Source: Patescibacteria group bacterium
GTDB taxonomy: Bacteria > Patescibacteriota > Microgenomatia > UBA1400 > PJMF01
DNA: 64,000 nt
Direction of reading: 5' to 3'
Assembly: GCA_049322655.1 (NCBI GenBank)
Contig: JBMORP010000002.1
Span: forward strand, 32,923 to 96,922
Made by a program: the position numbers and the translations under genes. A model generated the notes under the pieces. It did no database searches, was not told the DNA's origin, and worked only from the letters and a program-made list of their open reading frames with translations. This document shows positions 48,235 to 58,718 of this stretch, piece after piece (within the stretch, counting starts at the first letter, position 1; each line of letters begins with the position of its first letter).

Positions 48235-50802
48235 ATGAATTTAAATCGTTTTACTACTAAATCTGCTGAAGCTATTCAGGGCACCATGCAGTTAGCTGGC
48301 AAATTAAAACATCCTGCCATGCAACCTTTGCACCTTTTCTTAGTTCTAGTAGAACAACCTAATGGATTAATTCCATCTTTACTCCAAAAACTAGAACAGG
48401 ATTTGGCTGCTTTAAAATTAAAAATTAAAGATAAACTCTCAACTCTTCCTACAACTGATACAACTACTCAAGCCTATGTTTCACCAGAGCTCCAACAAGT
48501 CTTGGCTAAAGCAGAAACAGAAGCAGGCAAACTCCGAGATGAATACATTAGTACTGAACACTTATTTTTAGGTTTACTAGATAACCAAGAAATCAAACAG
48601 TTAATTGACTTAGACAAAAAAGCTGTCTTGGAAACATTGAAAAAAATTAGAGGCAACCAAAAAGTAACTGATCCAGATCCAGAAGGTAAATACCAAGCCT
48701 TAGAAAAATATACTCAAGACTTTACTGAGCTGGCCAAACAAGGAAAAATCGATCCAGTCATTGGTCGAGATGAGGAGATCCGACGTATTACCCAAATTCT
48801 TTCTAGAAGAACTAAAAACAACCCAGTGCTAGTCGGAGAACCGGGTACTGGTAAAACAGCGATTGTTGAAGGTCTAGCCAAAAAAATCGTTGACCATGAT
48901 GTACCAGATGTATTAAAAAACAAAAAAATCCTCAATCTGGATATGGGAGCGTTAATTGCTGGCGCCAAATATCGTGGTGAGTTTGAAGATCGCCTCAAAG
49001 CTGTCATTAAGGATATTGAAGCCGCTGATGGTGAAATCATTTTATTTATTGATGAACTTCATACTATTGTTGGTGCAGGCGCTCAAGAAGGCTCAACTGA
49101 TGCTGGTAACTTACTCAAACCAGCTCTTGCTCGTGGCAAACTCAGAACTATTGGGGCAACTACTTTAAAAGAATATCGAAAATACATCGAAAAAGATGCT
49201 GCTTTGGAGCGCCGTTTTCAACCAGTCATAGTGGAAGAACCTTCAGTAGATGATTCACTTTCGATTTTACGAGGTATTAAAGAAAAATATGAAACTCACC
49301 ACGGTGTCAAAATCCGTGACAACGCTTTAGTTGCTGCCGTCAAACTTTCTCATCGTTATATCGCTGATAGATTCTTACCAGATAAAGCCATTGACCTCAT
49401 GGATGAGGCTGCCTCAGCCATTAGAATCGAGATTGAAAGCAAACCAACCATCATTGATGCTTTGGAAAGAAAAATTCGCCAACTAGAAATCGAAAAAGCT
49501 GCTTTAACCAAAGAAAAAGATGATCAAAGTAAAGAGCGACTCAAAGAAATAGAAAAAGAAATTGCTGAACTAACCGAGAAACACAAGCAATTAGAACTTC
49601 ATTGGCAAGCAGAAAAAAATACTATTGATAAAATCAAAAAATCCAGCAAACAAATCGATGAACTCAAAGAACAAGCCATTCAAGCTGAGCGTAATTACGA
49701 TTTACAAAAAGTGGCAGAAATCAACTATGGCAAAATTCCAGAGTTAGAAACTGCAATAAAAACAGCTAAAGCAGAATTGAAAAAGATTCAAACTAATCAA
49801 AAAATCCTCAAAGAAGAAGTTACTCAAGAGGATATTGCCCGAGTTGTAGCCCGCTGGACCGGTATTCCAGTCGAAAAAATGCTCGCTGAAGAGGGCGATA
49901 AATTAACCAAACTCGAAGATGAAATTGCTGAGCGAGTTGTTGGTCAAAGAAAGGCCATTGTTGCCGTAGCTAATGCTATTCGTCGCAATCGAGCTGGCAT
50001 AGGTGAGGAAGGGAAACCAATCGGTTCTTTCATCTTCATGGGACCAACTGGCGTAGGTAAAACAGAGCTAGCCAAAACTTTGGCTGAAGTACTGTTTGAT
50101 GATGAAAAAATGATGATCAGAATCGATATGAGTGAATACATGGAAAAACATTCTGTGGCCAGATTAATTGGTTCACCTCCCGGTTATGTTGGCTATGAAG
50201 AGGGTGGACAATTGACTGAAGCAGTTAGACGCAGACCATACTCGGTCATTTTATTTGATGAAATAGAAAAAGCCCACCATGATGTTTTTAATACCTTGCT
50301 TCAAGTTTTAGATGATGGCAGATTAACCGATAGTAAAGGCAGAACAGTTGATTTTAAAAACACCGTGATTATTATGACCTCAAATCTGGGCAGTGAACTA
50401 ATTGCCGACTTTAAAGACGAGCCAATTAAACAAGAACAAGAAGTTCATAAATTACTTAAACAACAATTCAGACCAGAATTCTTGAATCGAATTGATGATA
50501 TTATTATTTTCCAACCACTAGCTGAAAAAGAAATCACCAACATTGTTGATCTTCAAGTTTCAGAATTGAAAAAAAGGCTTAAAGAAAATAAAAATATTGA
50601 GCTCATTGTTTCAGCTAAAGCGATTAAATATTTTGCAAGTGCTGGTTATGACTCAATCTTTGGTGCTAGACCACTGAAAAGACTAATTCAAAAAGAGCTC
50701 TTAGATCCGCTCTCTTTAGAAATTATTCAGGGACAAATTAAAGAAGGTGACAAAATAAAAGCTGAGTTTGATGGTCGAAAAATTACTTTTAAATCAAGCT
50801 AA
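48235..50802 (+). CDS. clpB: ATP-dependent chaperone ClpB
   Basis: Two AAA+ modules ('GEPGTGKTA', 'GPTGVGKTE') separated by a long coiled-coil middle domain. 855 aa. Confidence 0.9.
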   Translation: MNLNRFTTKSAEAIQGTMQLAGKLKHPAMQPLHLFLVLVEQPNGLIPSLLQKLEQDLAALKLKIKDKLSTLPTTDTTTQAYVSPELQQVLAKAETEAGKLRDEYISTEHLFLGLLDNQEIKQLIDLDKKAVLETLKKIRGNQKVTDPDPEGKYQALEKYTQDFTELAKQGKIDPVIGRDEEIRRITQILSRRTKNNPVLVGEPGTGKTAIVEGLAKKIVDHDVPDVLKNKKILNLDMGALIAGAKYRGEFEDRLKAVIKDIEAADGEIILFIDELHTIVGAGAQEGSTDAGNLLKPALARGKLRTIGATTLKEYRKYIEKDAALERRFQPVIVEEPSVDDSLSILRGIKEKYETHHGVKIRDNALVAAVKLSHRYIADRFLPDKAIDLMDEAASAIRIEIESKPTIIDALERKIRQLEIEKAALTKEKDDQSKERLKEIEKEIAELTEKHKQLELHWQAEKNTIDKIKKSSKQIDELKEQAIQAERNYDLQKVAEINYGKIPELETAIKTAKAELKKIQTNQKILKEEVTQEDIARVVARWTGIPVEKMLAEEGDKLTKLEDEIAERVVGQRKAIVAVANAIRRNRAGIGEEGKPIGSFIFMGPTGVGKTELAKTLAEVLFDDEKMMIRIDMSEYMEKHSVARLIGSPPGYVGYEEGGQLTEAVRRRPYSVILFDEIEKAHHDVFNTLLQVLDDGRLTDSKGRTVDFKNTVIIMTSNLGSELIADFKDEPIKQEQEVHKLLKQQFRPEFLNRIDDIIIFQPLAEKEITNIVDLQVSELKKRLKENKNIELIVSAKAIKYFASAGYDSIFGARPLKRLIQKELLDPLSLEIIQGQIKEGDKIKAEFDGRKITFKSS

Positions 50803-50855
50803 TTTTTCTATTAGAAAAAAAACTAGACCATGCTACAATACTGGTTATCGTTTTT

Positions 50856-50929
50856 GGGTGTGTAGCTCAGGTGGTTAGAGCGCTGTCCTGATAAGACAGA
50901 GGTCCCATGTTCGAGTCATGGCACACCCA
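50856..50929 (+). tRNA. tRNA-Ile (anticodon GAT)
   Basis: GGGTGTG…CTGTC-CTGATAA-GACAG…CACACCC-A. Confidence 0.75.
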
Positions 50930-50988
50930 CTTTTTTATTTCCTGATAAAATTATTGTTGTTGCTTGACTAGATAGCGCATTGGCCAAA

Positions 50989-52200
50989 CTAAACTAAACT
51001 AAACTGCAACAAAATAAAAAAGATTGGTAAAAACTTCATCGTTGTTTCTAAACCAAAAATATTCATGCCCACAATAAAACTCAATAAGCCAATAATTCTA
51101 CCTAAGTTAAAAAAGATTTCGTTATCAACTACATAAGCATACCCAGCCTCATCTGTTTGGCCAGCTAGTTCTTGATCCATAGCATTCATCACCAAAGTAT
51201 AACTACTATTCCATCTGGCAACTTCAAACAAAGTTATTACCACCAAATAAATAATCGCTGTTAATAAAGAAAACTGCCAACTGAGCAACAAAAAACTGCC
51301 TAAGTATAAAAAATGAGCCAGATTCATAAAACCAACAAATTGCTTAGTTTTCATTTTTCGAGCAATGATATATAAACTACCAGCTGCTAATAATTGGGTA
51401 ACAGCTTGAAAAGTACCCACTAAACCTTCTTTAGCACCAAAATATAAAATTAAAAGAGTGGGATAAAATAAATTAATACCAAAAAAAGCACTATAAATAA
51501 AGTTAATTAGCCTTGCCATTGTCCAATTTTTTGATTTTTTAGTCACAAATAACTTAGCAGAACCGATATCAGCAAAATTTGCTAACTTCATCAGTAAGCC
51601 ACTAATAAATAGTAATATCAGCGCCAAAATAATCATAATTTTATAAGCACTATCGACTGAGTAAAAAGCCAACCTTTCCCCTGAAACAATAAACCAACCC
51701 ACCAGCAAGGGAATAACCACACCAACTATTAGTCGGATTGCTGTCTCAATAGAGTTATAGTACAAACGATTTTTACCTCTACTAAGTAGGTAACTTAAGG
51801 AATTTTTATTGGCCCAAAAAAATGAAGCCGTAAAACCAAAAATCAAACCATAAAACAAAATTAAACCAGGATTTAATTGCTTAGAGAAAATCGCCAAGGC
51901 AGCCCCAAAACCTTGAAAAACCACGCCAAAAAAATACAAATCTTTGACATGGAATTTTTTGAGTATCAAACCATTAATCCAAAAGCCCAGTGGTAAACCA
52001 AAAACCCAACCAACATAATACAAAATAATTAATAATGCTCCATTGGTCTGCCTCCATAAAAAAGTATTCATAAAAACATCTAGCAGTGGCCTAGCCATTA
52101 AATAAAAAGCATAAGACAACATCAACCGTTGCAAATTAGAACCCATCTCTTGAAAGTAACCCCACTCAATAGCCATTCTACGTAATAAATTATTTTTCAC
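50989..52200 (-). CDS. polytopic membrane transporter-like protein (MFS-like)
   Basis: About 12 hydrophobic helices. No specific signature. Confidence 0.35.
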   Translation of the reverse strand: MKNNLLRRMAIEWGYFQEMGSNLQRLMLSYAFYLMARPLLDVFMNTFLWRQTNGALLIILYYVGWVFGLPLGFWINGLILKKFHVKDLYFFGVVFQGFGAALAIFSKQLNPGLILFYGLIFGFTASFFWANKNSLSYLLSRGKNRLYYNSIETAIRLIVGVVIPLLVGWFIVSGERLAFYSVDSAYKIMIILALILLFISGLLMKLANFADIGSAKLFVTKKSKNWTMARLINFIYSAFFGINLFYPTLLILYFGAKEGLVGTFQAVTQLLAAGSLYIIARKMKTKQFVGFMNLAHFLYLGSFLLLSWQFSLLTAIIYLVVITLFEVARWNSSYTLVMNAMDQELAGQTDEAGYAYVVDNEIFFNLGRIIGLLSFIVGMNIFGLETTMKFLPIFFILLQFSLV

Positions 52201-52212
52201 AATGAAGAGATT

Positions 52213-53124
52213 CTACATGTTAATAATTAAAATTACGCCAACAAAAGTGATTAGTGCTCCAATAAATTTTTGGCCAAGATGTTTTTTTTCATTTAGTAAC
52301 AAGGCACTCAGTAAAACAGTAAAAATCACACTAGTTTGAAAAATAGGGGAGATCAATGAAGCCTGGCCACCCCAACGATAGGCTGTAAAGTAAGCGATCG
52401 TAGCAAAACAATAAAAAATAATTGATGAAAGTAGTAAGTTAATTGCTTTAAATGAAGAAAAATAAAACTTTATTTTAGTTAATAACTTGGGTCTAACCAA
52501 TAAAATAGCTAAAGCAGGTAACAGAAAAATCAAGAACATATATGAAGCAACCGAATCAAATAAATTCATAATAAAGATATCGTTGGTGAAAGCGATACCA
52601 TAAAAAAACGAGCTTACTAAAGCAAACAAATGCCCCTTGTTGAATCGCCAACTAGTTTTTTCAAAATAGGTAAACATAATTCCTAAAATCATGACTATAA
52701 TTCCCCAAACTTGTTGCTGAGTTAATTTTTCTCCCAAAAAAAGTAAAGCTGTTACCACTGACCAAATAGTACTGGTGGGAAATAAAATACTGGCCTCTGA
52801 AGCCTCGGCAAACTCAAAAGCTAGAAAAGACAAAATATTTCCAGCAGCATACAGAACTATCATCGCTAAAACATTGAGCCAAACACTACTTAGGTCTGGA
52901 ATAGCAAAAGTATTAGTTGCCAAACCATAAAGTAAAAAGATTAGAGCCGCTGCAAACTGAAAAATAAAACTTAAAGTAATTGAGTCATGCTTAGGATTGG
53001 CCATGACTTTTTTTTGAAAAATTCTGGCAAAAGCAGCAATGACTGCAGCAATGATAACTAGAAAAATCCAGGGTTGAAACATAGCGACTATTATAGTTAC
53101 ACTGGTGAGGAAATGCGCAAGCAA
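52213..53124 (-). CDS. DMT-superfamily (EamA-like) transporter
   Basis: 10-TM topology with two repeated 5-TM halves. Confidence 0.45.
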   Translation of the reverse strand: MLAHFLTSVTIIVAMFQPWIFLVIIAAVIAAFARIFQKKVMANPKHDSITLSFIFQFAAALIFLLYGLATNTFAIPDLSSVWLNVLAMIVLYAAGNILSFLAFEFAEASEASILFPTSTIWSVVTALLFLGEKLTQQQVWGIIVMILGIMFTYFEKTSWRFNKGHLFALVSSFFYGIAFTNDIFIMNLFDSVASYMFLIFLLPALAILLVRPKLLTKIKFYFSSFKAINLLLSSIIFYCFATIAYFTAYRWGGQASLISPIFQTSVIFTVLLSALLLNEKKHLGQKFIGALITFVGVILIINM

Positions 53125-53667
53125 AATAAGAAAAAATTTTCGTTTTTTGTTAGTTTTTGGACTTTTTTGAGATTAGTAGCTGTGGTTACGCTTTGGATTT
53201 GGCATCCATTTTGGGGAGCTGTTTTCAATATTTTAATTGATGCTGTTGATGGTCATATGTTTGAGTATTTTGGAGTTAAAAGAAATACTTATGAAATTTA
53301 CGATAAGTGGCTGGATCTCTGGTTTTATATCGCTATATTTATCTATACCATCCAAAAACTAACTGGCTCACCTTACTATTGGTTGCTAATTATTCTTTTT
53401 ATCATTAGATTGATTGGTAATTTAAGCTACTTCAAGTTTAATAAAGAATGGTTATTATTTGTCCTACCCAACCTTTTAGAACCAGTTTTTTTGGTCGTAG
53501 TCGGTTTTCCAGTAATTTTTGTTTGGTGGGGAAATCTAACAGTTTTTACAGTTATTTTTGTGGTAAAAATGTTTATTGAATGGTGGATTCATATTGCTAA
53601 ATTAGATCTTACTAGCTTACTAATCGGCAAACCTACCAGATGGTATAGAAACAAAAACTCGGCTTGA
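53113..53667 (+). CDS. hypothetical membrane protein
   Basis: Several hydrophobic helices. Start uncertain (the ORF track gives 53074). Confidence 0.35.
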   Translation: MRKQNKKKFSFFVSFWTFLRLVAVVTLWIWHPFWGAVFNILIDAVDGHMFEYFGVKRNTYEIYDKWLDLWFYIAIFIYTIQKLTGSPYYWLLIILFIIRLIGNLSYFKFNKEWLLFVLPNLLEPVFLVVVGFPVIFVWWGNLTVFTVIFVVKMFIEWWIHIAKLDLTSLLIGKPTRWYRNKNSA

Positions 53668-53691
53668 AAACCTCAATTTGAACCTTGTCTT

Positions 53692-53718
53692 TTAGCAGAC
53701 AAAAATATAGAATGCTAA
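53692..53718. promoter_or_regulatory. CIRCE-like operator TTAGCAGAC-N9-GAATGCTAA upstream of lon
   Basis: Same TTAGCA-N15-TGCTAA architecture. Lies 22 nt before the lon ATG. Confidence 0.5.
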
Positions 53719-53740
53719 TTCAATTAAAAGGAATTTACTC

Positions 53741-56146
53741 ATGAGCGGGATATCTGAAAAAACTACCTCAGACCAACCAACTAATTTACCAACTAGTAGT
53801 AACTTACCGGTTGACCAATTAAAACTACCAGTTGTGCCTCTCAAAGAGGGTATTCTATTTCCAGCCACTGAATCGGTTTTGACTTTTGGGAGAAAAATTT
53901 CTTTAACTGGTCTTAAAGCGGCTACCCAAAATCCCAAAAAACTGGTAGTCCTAGTGGCACAAAAAAAAACCTCAATTATTAATCCTAAGACCAAAGACTT
54001 ATATGACATTGGCACTTTGGCAGTGGTAGAAAGAACCATCAAAACTGATGACACTGTTAATGCTCTGGTAAGGGGAATTGGTAGAATCAAAATTCAACAG
54101 TTTACCCAAGAAAAACCCTACTTGGAGGCAAATGTCAATAGAGTTAGAGATATTGAATTAAATGATGATGAAACCAAAGCACTAGCTAACCATTTACAGA
54201 AATCATTCCGTAAAACAGTGCAAATGGGCAAACCAGTTGAATTTCTTAATTTCATGAAATTACTAAGTGGAGTTAGAGCTGGAGAACTAGCTGACCAAAT
54301 TGCCAGCACCCTAAATTTATCAACTCAAATTAAACAATCAATCCTGGAAATTATTGATGTTAAACAAAGACTAAAAACTGTTGCTGACCATCTTTCTAGA
54401 GAAATTAAAATCTTGGAAATAGAGAAAGATGTGGTTTATAAAACTCAAGAAAAATTTGATAAACACATGCGAGAAAGTGTCTTAAGAGAAAGACTAAGAA
54501 CCATTCAAAAAGAACTTGGTGAGATCGATGACGAAGATGAGTTGGCTGACTCGTATCTAACCAAATTAACTAAGCTAAAAGTCAATCAAGATATTAAAAA
54601 AACCATCAAAAAAGAAATCAAACGCCTAAGACAAATGTCTCCAAACAACCCAGAGACTGGTTACATCCGCTCTTGGCTCGATATTATTTTTGATTTGCCT
54701 TGGGGTAAAACTTCTCAAGAAAAAGTTGATCTTAAACAAGCTCAAAAGGTTTTGGATTTGTATCATTATGGTTTGGAAGACGTAAAAGATAGAGTTTTGG
54801 AGTACATTGCTGTTTTGCAACTTAAACAAAAAAACAAAGCCACAGAAAACGATGCTACCCCAACTATTTTATGTTTTGCCGGTCCTCCAGGAGTAGGTAA
54901 AACTAGTATCGGCAAATCTATTGCCCAAGCTCTTGGTAGAGAGTTTATTAAAGTTTCACTAGGGGGAATTAGAGATGAGGCTGAAATCAGAGGCCATCGC
55001 AAAACTTATGTCGGAGCCATGACCGGTAAAATTATTGCAGGTATTAAACAAGCCAAAACCATGAACCCAGTCTTTATGTTAGACGAAGTTGATAAGATTG
55101 GTAATGACTTTCGTGGTGATCCAGCAGCTGCTTTACTAGAGGTATTAGATCCAGAACAAAATAAAGAATTCGTTGATCACTACTTAGACCTTCCCTTTGA
55201 CCTATCAAAAACCATTTTTATTACTACAGCTAATACTTTGGATACTATTCCGCCTGCTCTCAGAGATCGTTTGGAAATCATCAATTATTCTGGTTATACC
55301 CACGAAGAAAAATTCAATATTGTTAAAAAACATTTATTAGCAAAGGTCATCAAAACCAATGGCCTAAAAGAAGAAAATATTGAGCTAGCAGATGAAGTCA
55401 TTAATAAAGTGATTAGTGGCTATACTAGGGAAGCTGGAGTCAGAAACCTGGAAAGAACTTTACACACTATTGCCAGAAAAATAGCTAAAACTCTGGTGCT
55501 TAACCCCAAAAAGACAAAAGTTGTTGTGAGTAGCAAAGATCTTAAAAAATTTCTTGGTCCACAGAAATTTGATGATGGTCTTGCAGAGAAAAAAGACATG
55601 GTTGGGGCAGCCACCGGTCTGGCTTGGACAGCTGTGGGCGGCGATATTCTTTTTGTTGAAGTAGCTTTAGCTCCAGGTAAAGGCAGGATCCAAATTACTG
55701 GTCAGCTAGGTGAAGTGATGAAAGAATCAGCACAAGCTGCCTTTACTTATGTCAAAGCCAACCTAAAAAAACTTGGTATTAGTGAAAACAAAATCAACAA
55801 AACTGATATTCATATTCATGTTCCTGAGGGAGCCGTCCCTAAAGACGGACCTTCAGCAGGCGTAACTTTGACTACCGCGATTGTTTCTGCCTTTACTTCT
55901 ATCGCTGTAAAAAGAACTGTAGCCATGACTGGCGAAGTGACTTTAAGAGGCAAAGTATTGAGAATTGGAGGCCTAAAAGAAAAATCAATTGCGGCTCACC
56001 GAGCAGGAATCACCACGGTTATTATTCCTCAAGAAAACGAACGAGATCTAGAAAAAATACCGAAATCAGTCAAAAAATCAGTTACTTTTAAACCAGTTTC
56101 CTCAGTAGATGAAGTGTTAAAACTAGCTCTGACAAAAACTCTTTAA
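53741..56146 (+). CDS. lon: ATP-dependent Lon protease
   Basis: LON N-domain, AAA+ 'GPPGVGKTS', S16 protease 'DGPSAG' with 'K' in 'LKEKSIAAHRAG'. Confidence 0.9.
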   Translation: MSGISEKTTSDQPTNLPTSSNLPVDQLKLPVVPLKEGILFPATESVLTFGRKISLTGLKAATQNPKKLVVLVAQKKTSIINPKTKDLYDIGTLAVVERTIKTDDTVNALVRGIGRIKIQQFTQEKPYLEANVNRVRDIELNDDETKALANHLQKSFRKTVQMGKPVEFLNFMKLLSGVRAGELADQIASTLNLSTQIKQSILEIIDVKQRLKTVADHLSREIKILEIEKDVVYKTQEKFDKHMRESVLRERLRTIQKELGEIDDEDELADSYLTKLTKLKVNQDIKKTIKKEIKRLRQMSPNNPETGYIRSWLDIIFDLPWGKTSQEKVDLKQAQKVLDLYHYGLEDVKDRVLEYIAVLQLKQKNKATENDATPTILCFAGPPGVGKTSIGKSIAQALGREFIKVSLGGIRDEAEIRGHRKTYVGAMTGKIIAGIKQAKTMNPVFMLDEVDKIGNDFRGDPAAALLEVLDPEQNKEFVDHYLDLPFDLSKTIFITTANTLDTIPPALRDRLEIINYSGYTHEEKFNIVKKHLLAKVIKTNGLKEENIELADEVINKVISGYTREAGVRNLERTLHTIARKIAKTLVLNPKKTKVVVSSKDLKKFLGPQKFDDGLAEKKDMVGAATGLAWTAVGGDILFVEVALAPGKGRIQITGQLGEVMKESAQAAFTYVKANLKKLGISENKINKTDIHIHVPEGAVPKDGPSAGVTLTTAIVSAFTSIAVKRTVAMTGEVTLRGKVLRIGGLKEKSIAAHRAGITTVIIPQENERDLEKIPKSVKKSVTFKPVSSVDEVLKLALTKTL

Positions 56147-56168
56147 AAGTCTGGTAAACTATCTTTAA

Positions 56169-57044
56169 ATGAGAAAACTAATTATTGGCGTTTTTTTGTT
56201 GATTTCTTCTGTAGTTTTTGCTGGTTGCAATCCTCTCACTTGGAAACAGCAAGCCGGTCTCCAAGTCATTACTAATGATGTCAGTGCTAGCTTATTTCTT
56301 GATGATCAATACTTAGACAAAACTCCCTATATTAACAAAAAAATCAAACCAGGAAACTACAACCTCAGGATCCAGCCTGATGACTCCAGCTTGGTCCCTT
56401 ATGACATCCCGATTACTCTGAATAAAGGAACCATTACTGTCGTTGAGTGGCAACCAAATATTAGTCTAGAAACTTCTGGTGGTACTATTTACGAAATGGC
56501 CCAAACCGGAGCCACTAAGCTTGAGTTTCAAACTATCCCCAATAACGCCATCTTGACCCTTGATGACGGAGTCAAACAATTCAGCCCACTGATTATAGAA
56601 GATATCACAGAGGGTAATCACACTTTTGAGATCAGTTTACCTTCTTATATTACTCAACAAAAAGCCATTAACGTAATAAAAAACCACCATATTACTCTTA
56701 CGGTTATTTTAGCTAAAGAACTCCAACCAATTGAACAAAAAGAGGAACTAGAAGTAGTACCAGCCACAACTTCAGCTCAGCCAACTAGTTTGCTCGGTAA
56801 GGTTAACCAAGAGAATATCCAAATTCTAACCACTGGCTTTTTTGTTAATGATCAAGAGGTACTAAGAGTCAGAGAAGAACCCTCGAACCTTGGTAAAGAA
56901 CTGGGTTTTGCTGTCGTTGGCCAAATCTACCCCCTTAAAGAAGAGGTTGAAGGTTGGTTTGGCATAGAATTTCAAAATCAATTGGGTTGGATTAGCAACC
57001 AATATAGCCAAAAAACTGCTTCAACCAGTGCAGAGCAGAATTAA
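56169..57044 (+). CDS. lipoprotein with two PEGA-like domains and a C-terminal SH3b-like domain
   Basis: Lipobox 'VFAGC'. 'KPGNYNLRIQPDD' and 'EGNHTFEISLPSY' are PEGA-like. Confidence 0.5.
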   Translation: MRKLIIGVFLLISSVVFAGCNPLTWKQQAGLQVITNDVSASLFLDDQYLDKTPYINKKIKPGNYNLRIQPDDSSLVPYDIPITLNKGTITVVEWQPNISLETSGGTIYEMAQTGATKLEFQTIPNNAILTLDDGVKQFSPLIIEDITEGNHTFEISLPSYITQQKAINVIKNHHITLTVILAKELQPIEQKEELEVVPATTSAQPTSLLGKVNQENIQILTTGFFVNDQEVLRVREEPSNLGKELGFAVVGQIYPLKEEVEGWFGIEFQNQLGWISNQYSQKTASTSAEQN

Positions 57045-57065
57045 GTTTGCTATAGTGTAGGCACT

Positions 57066-57893
57066 ATGCAAATGGAAATGCCCACTTCTCTACAAAATAA
57101 GCCTAAAAACTTGTTTTTACCTATTTTATTAATAGTGGTTGTCACTGGAGTTTTTCTCACCCAAGTCCGCGGATTTTCCTGGGGAACAATCCAGTTGTCC
57201 AGCCCTGCCACTATTACTGTCACTGGTTATGCTGACGGTTCTCAACTTAATCAAAAAGCTCATTTTTATGCTACGGTAAATGCTGAAAATGTCGATAAAG
57301 ATCAAGCTGTAAAAGACTTAACAGAAAAAACTAATGCTTTGATTGATAAAGTCAAAAATTTTGGCATCGAAACCAAAAACATCAAAACTCAGAACCTACA
57401 AGTCTATGAATATGAAGACATCCTTTATGAAGGTGATAATGAAATCATGCCGATGGAAAGTGACTTAATGTATCGAGTTCCAGGTAGACCATATAAAACT
57501 GTGAAAAAATGGAAAGCCAGCAACTCATTATCAATTACGGTAGAAGACGCTAGTAAATCCTCAGAACTTTCAACTTTATTAATCAACTCCGATGCTACTG
57601 ATGTGAGTGGCCCTAATTTCGAGGCTGGTGACACTGCTGAGCTAGAAAAAGAGTTACTAGCAGAAGCGATGAAAAATGCCGAAGCTAAAGCCAACACGAT
57701 TCTAAAAGACTCAAAACAAAAAATCGTGAAAATCATTCAAGTAAGTGAGAGCGGCTATGTTCAACCATATCCAATTGCCTATAAAACAATGCTGCCAATG
57801 GCTGGTGGTGGCATGGAAGATATGGCCATTAACCTTGAACCAGGCTCTCAAGAAATGAACAAGACAATCACTGTTATTTTTGAAATTAGGTAA
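57066..57893 (+). CDS. SIMPL/DUF541 (BP26-like) periplasmic protein
   Basis: N-terminal TM. 'LSTLLINSDATDVSGPNF' and 'LLAEAMKNAEAKA' typical of the SIMPL family. Confidence 0.55.
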   Translation: MQMEMPTSLQNKPKNLFLPILLIVVVTGVFLTQVRGFSWGTIQLSSPATITVTGYADGSQLNQKAHFYATVNAENVDKDQAVKDLTEKTNALIDKVKNFGIETKNIKTQNLQVYEYEDILYEGDNEIMPMESDLMYRVPGRPYKTVKKWKASNSLSITVEDASKSSELSTLLINSDATDVSGPNFEAGDTAELEKELLAEAMKNAEAKANTILKDSKQKIVKIIQVSESGYVQPYPIAYKTMLPMAGGGMEDMAINLEPGSQEMNKTITVIFEIR

Positions 57894-57907
57894 TAACAAA
57901 AAAATAG

Positions 57908-57941
57908 AAACTCCCTAGCAATAGGGAGTTTCTTATTTTTT
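57908..57941. terminator. bidirectional terminator hairpin
   Basis: aaactccct-agcaa-tagggagttt followed by a T-run. Confidence 0.6.
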
Positions 57942-58715
57942 AACAATCTTACTAATCACCAACTTGGCTTTACTGCTAAGCCGCTTATGAATAGGAATCG
58001 GGCCTGGTTCAGAAGTATGAAATAAAGAAATCATTGATAAAAAGCCGAAAACATTAGTCATGTACCAATACATTATTTTTTCACCAGCAAAAATTGGTTC
58101 AATTAAAATATAAATCAATCCATGAATTGAAAAGAAGATCCCAACAAATAACTTCATTAATTTAAGAAAACGAAAATCACCAAAATCAGAAATCATTAAA
58201 GCCTTAAAAATAATTCCTGCCATTAATGGAGTAGTTAACAAAATTAAATAAAAAACCATTTTAGGAATAAAAAAAGAGAAATCAACCCAAATGTTTAAAG
58301 CTGAAATTAAGGTTGTGAGTACCATCGCTCCAACAAATAAGCTGGTGTGAGAAAACCATAAGTGATAGTACTCTGAATGCTCAAACATATCATAAAGAGG
58401 ATCTTTTCTTCTCTTTAATTCAAAACTTTTAGTTAAGGAGTGAATCACCACAAAAGCAGATAAAAACAAGAAAAAGACTGAGTAAACCGTATCCCAAAAA
58501 AACAACTCATTTTGAGAAATCTCATTTCCCAATTCATTCTTTAAAAGAATAAAAATAAAGCCTTTAAACCAAATATAAGCTATAGGCATTAAAATAAAAG
58601 CATAAAAAAACTGTACTAAATCAAAACGTAAAATCTCTTTTTTGCCATTGTGATTGTAAACCAACAAGCCAGATAAGATTGCTAATAAAGGAATTAGGCC
58701 GACAATAATTTTCAT
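57933..58715 (-). CDS. hypothetical polytopic membrane protein
   Basis: Hydrophobic helices throughout. Confidence 0.35.
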   Translation of the reverse strand: MKIIVGLIPLLAILSGLLVYNHNGKKEILRFDLVQFFYAFILMPIAYIWFKGFIFILLKNELGNEISQNELFFWDTVYSVFFLFLSAFVVIHSLTKSFELKRRKDPLYDMFEHSEYYHLWFSHTSLFVGAMVLTTLISALNIWVDFSFFIPKMVFYLILLTTPLMAGIIFKALMISDFGDFRFLKLMKLFVGIFFSIHGLIYILIEPIFAGEKIMYWYMTNVFGFLSMISLFHTSEPGPIPIHKRLSSKAKLVISKIVKK

Positions 58716-58718
58716 AGT

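Noticed and set aside
50984-51003. (AAACT)x4 microsatellite
   Set aside because: It is short, lies at the extreme 3' end of the MFS-like ORF, and shows no phase-variation context such as a promoter spacer or early coding region.
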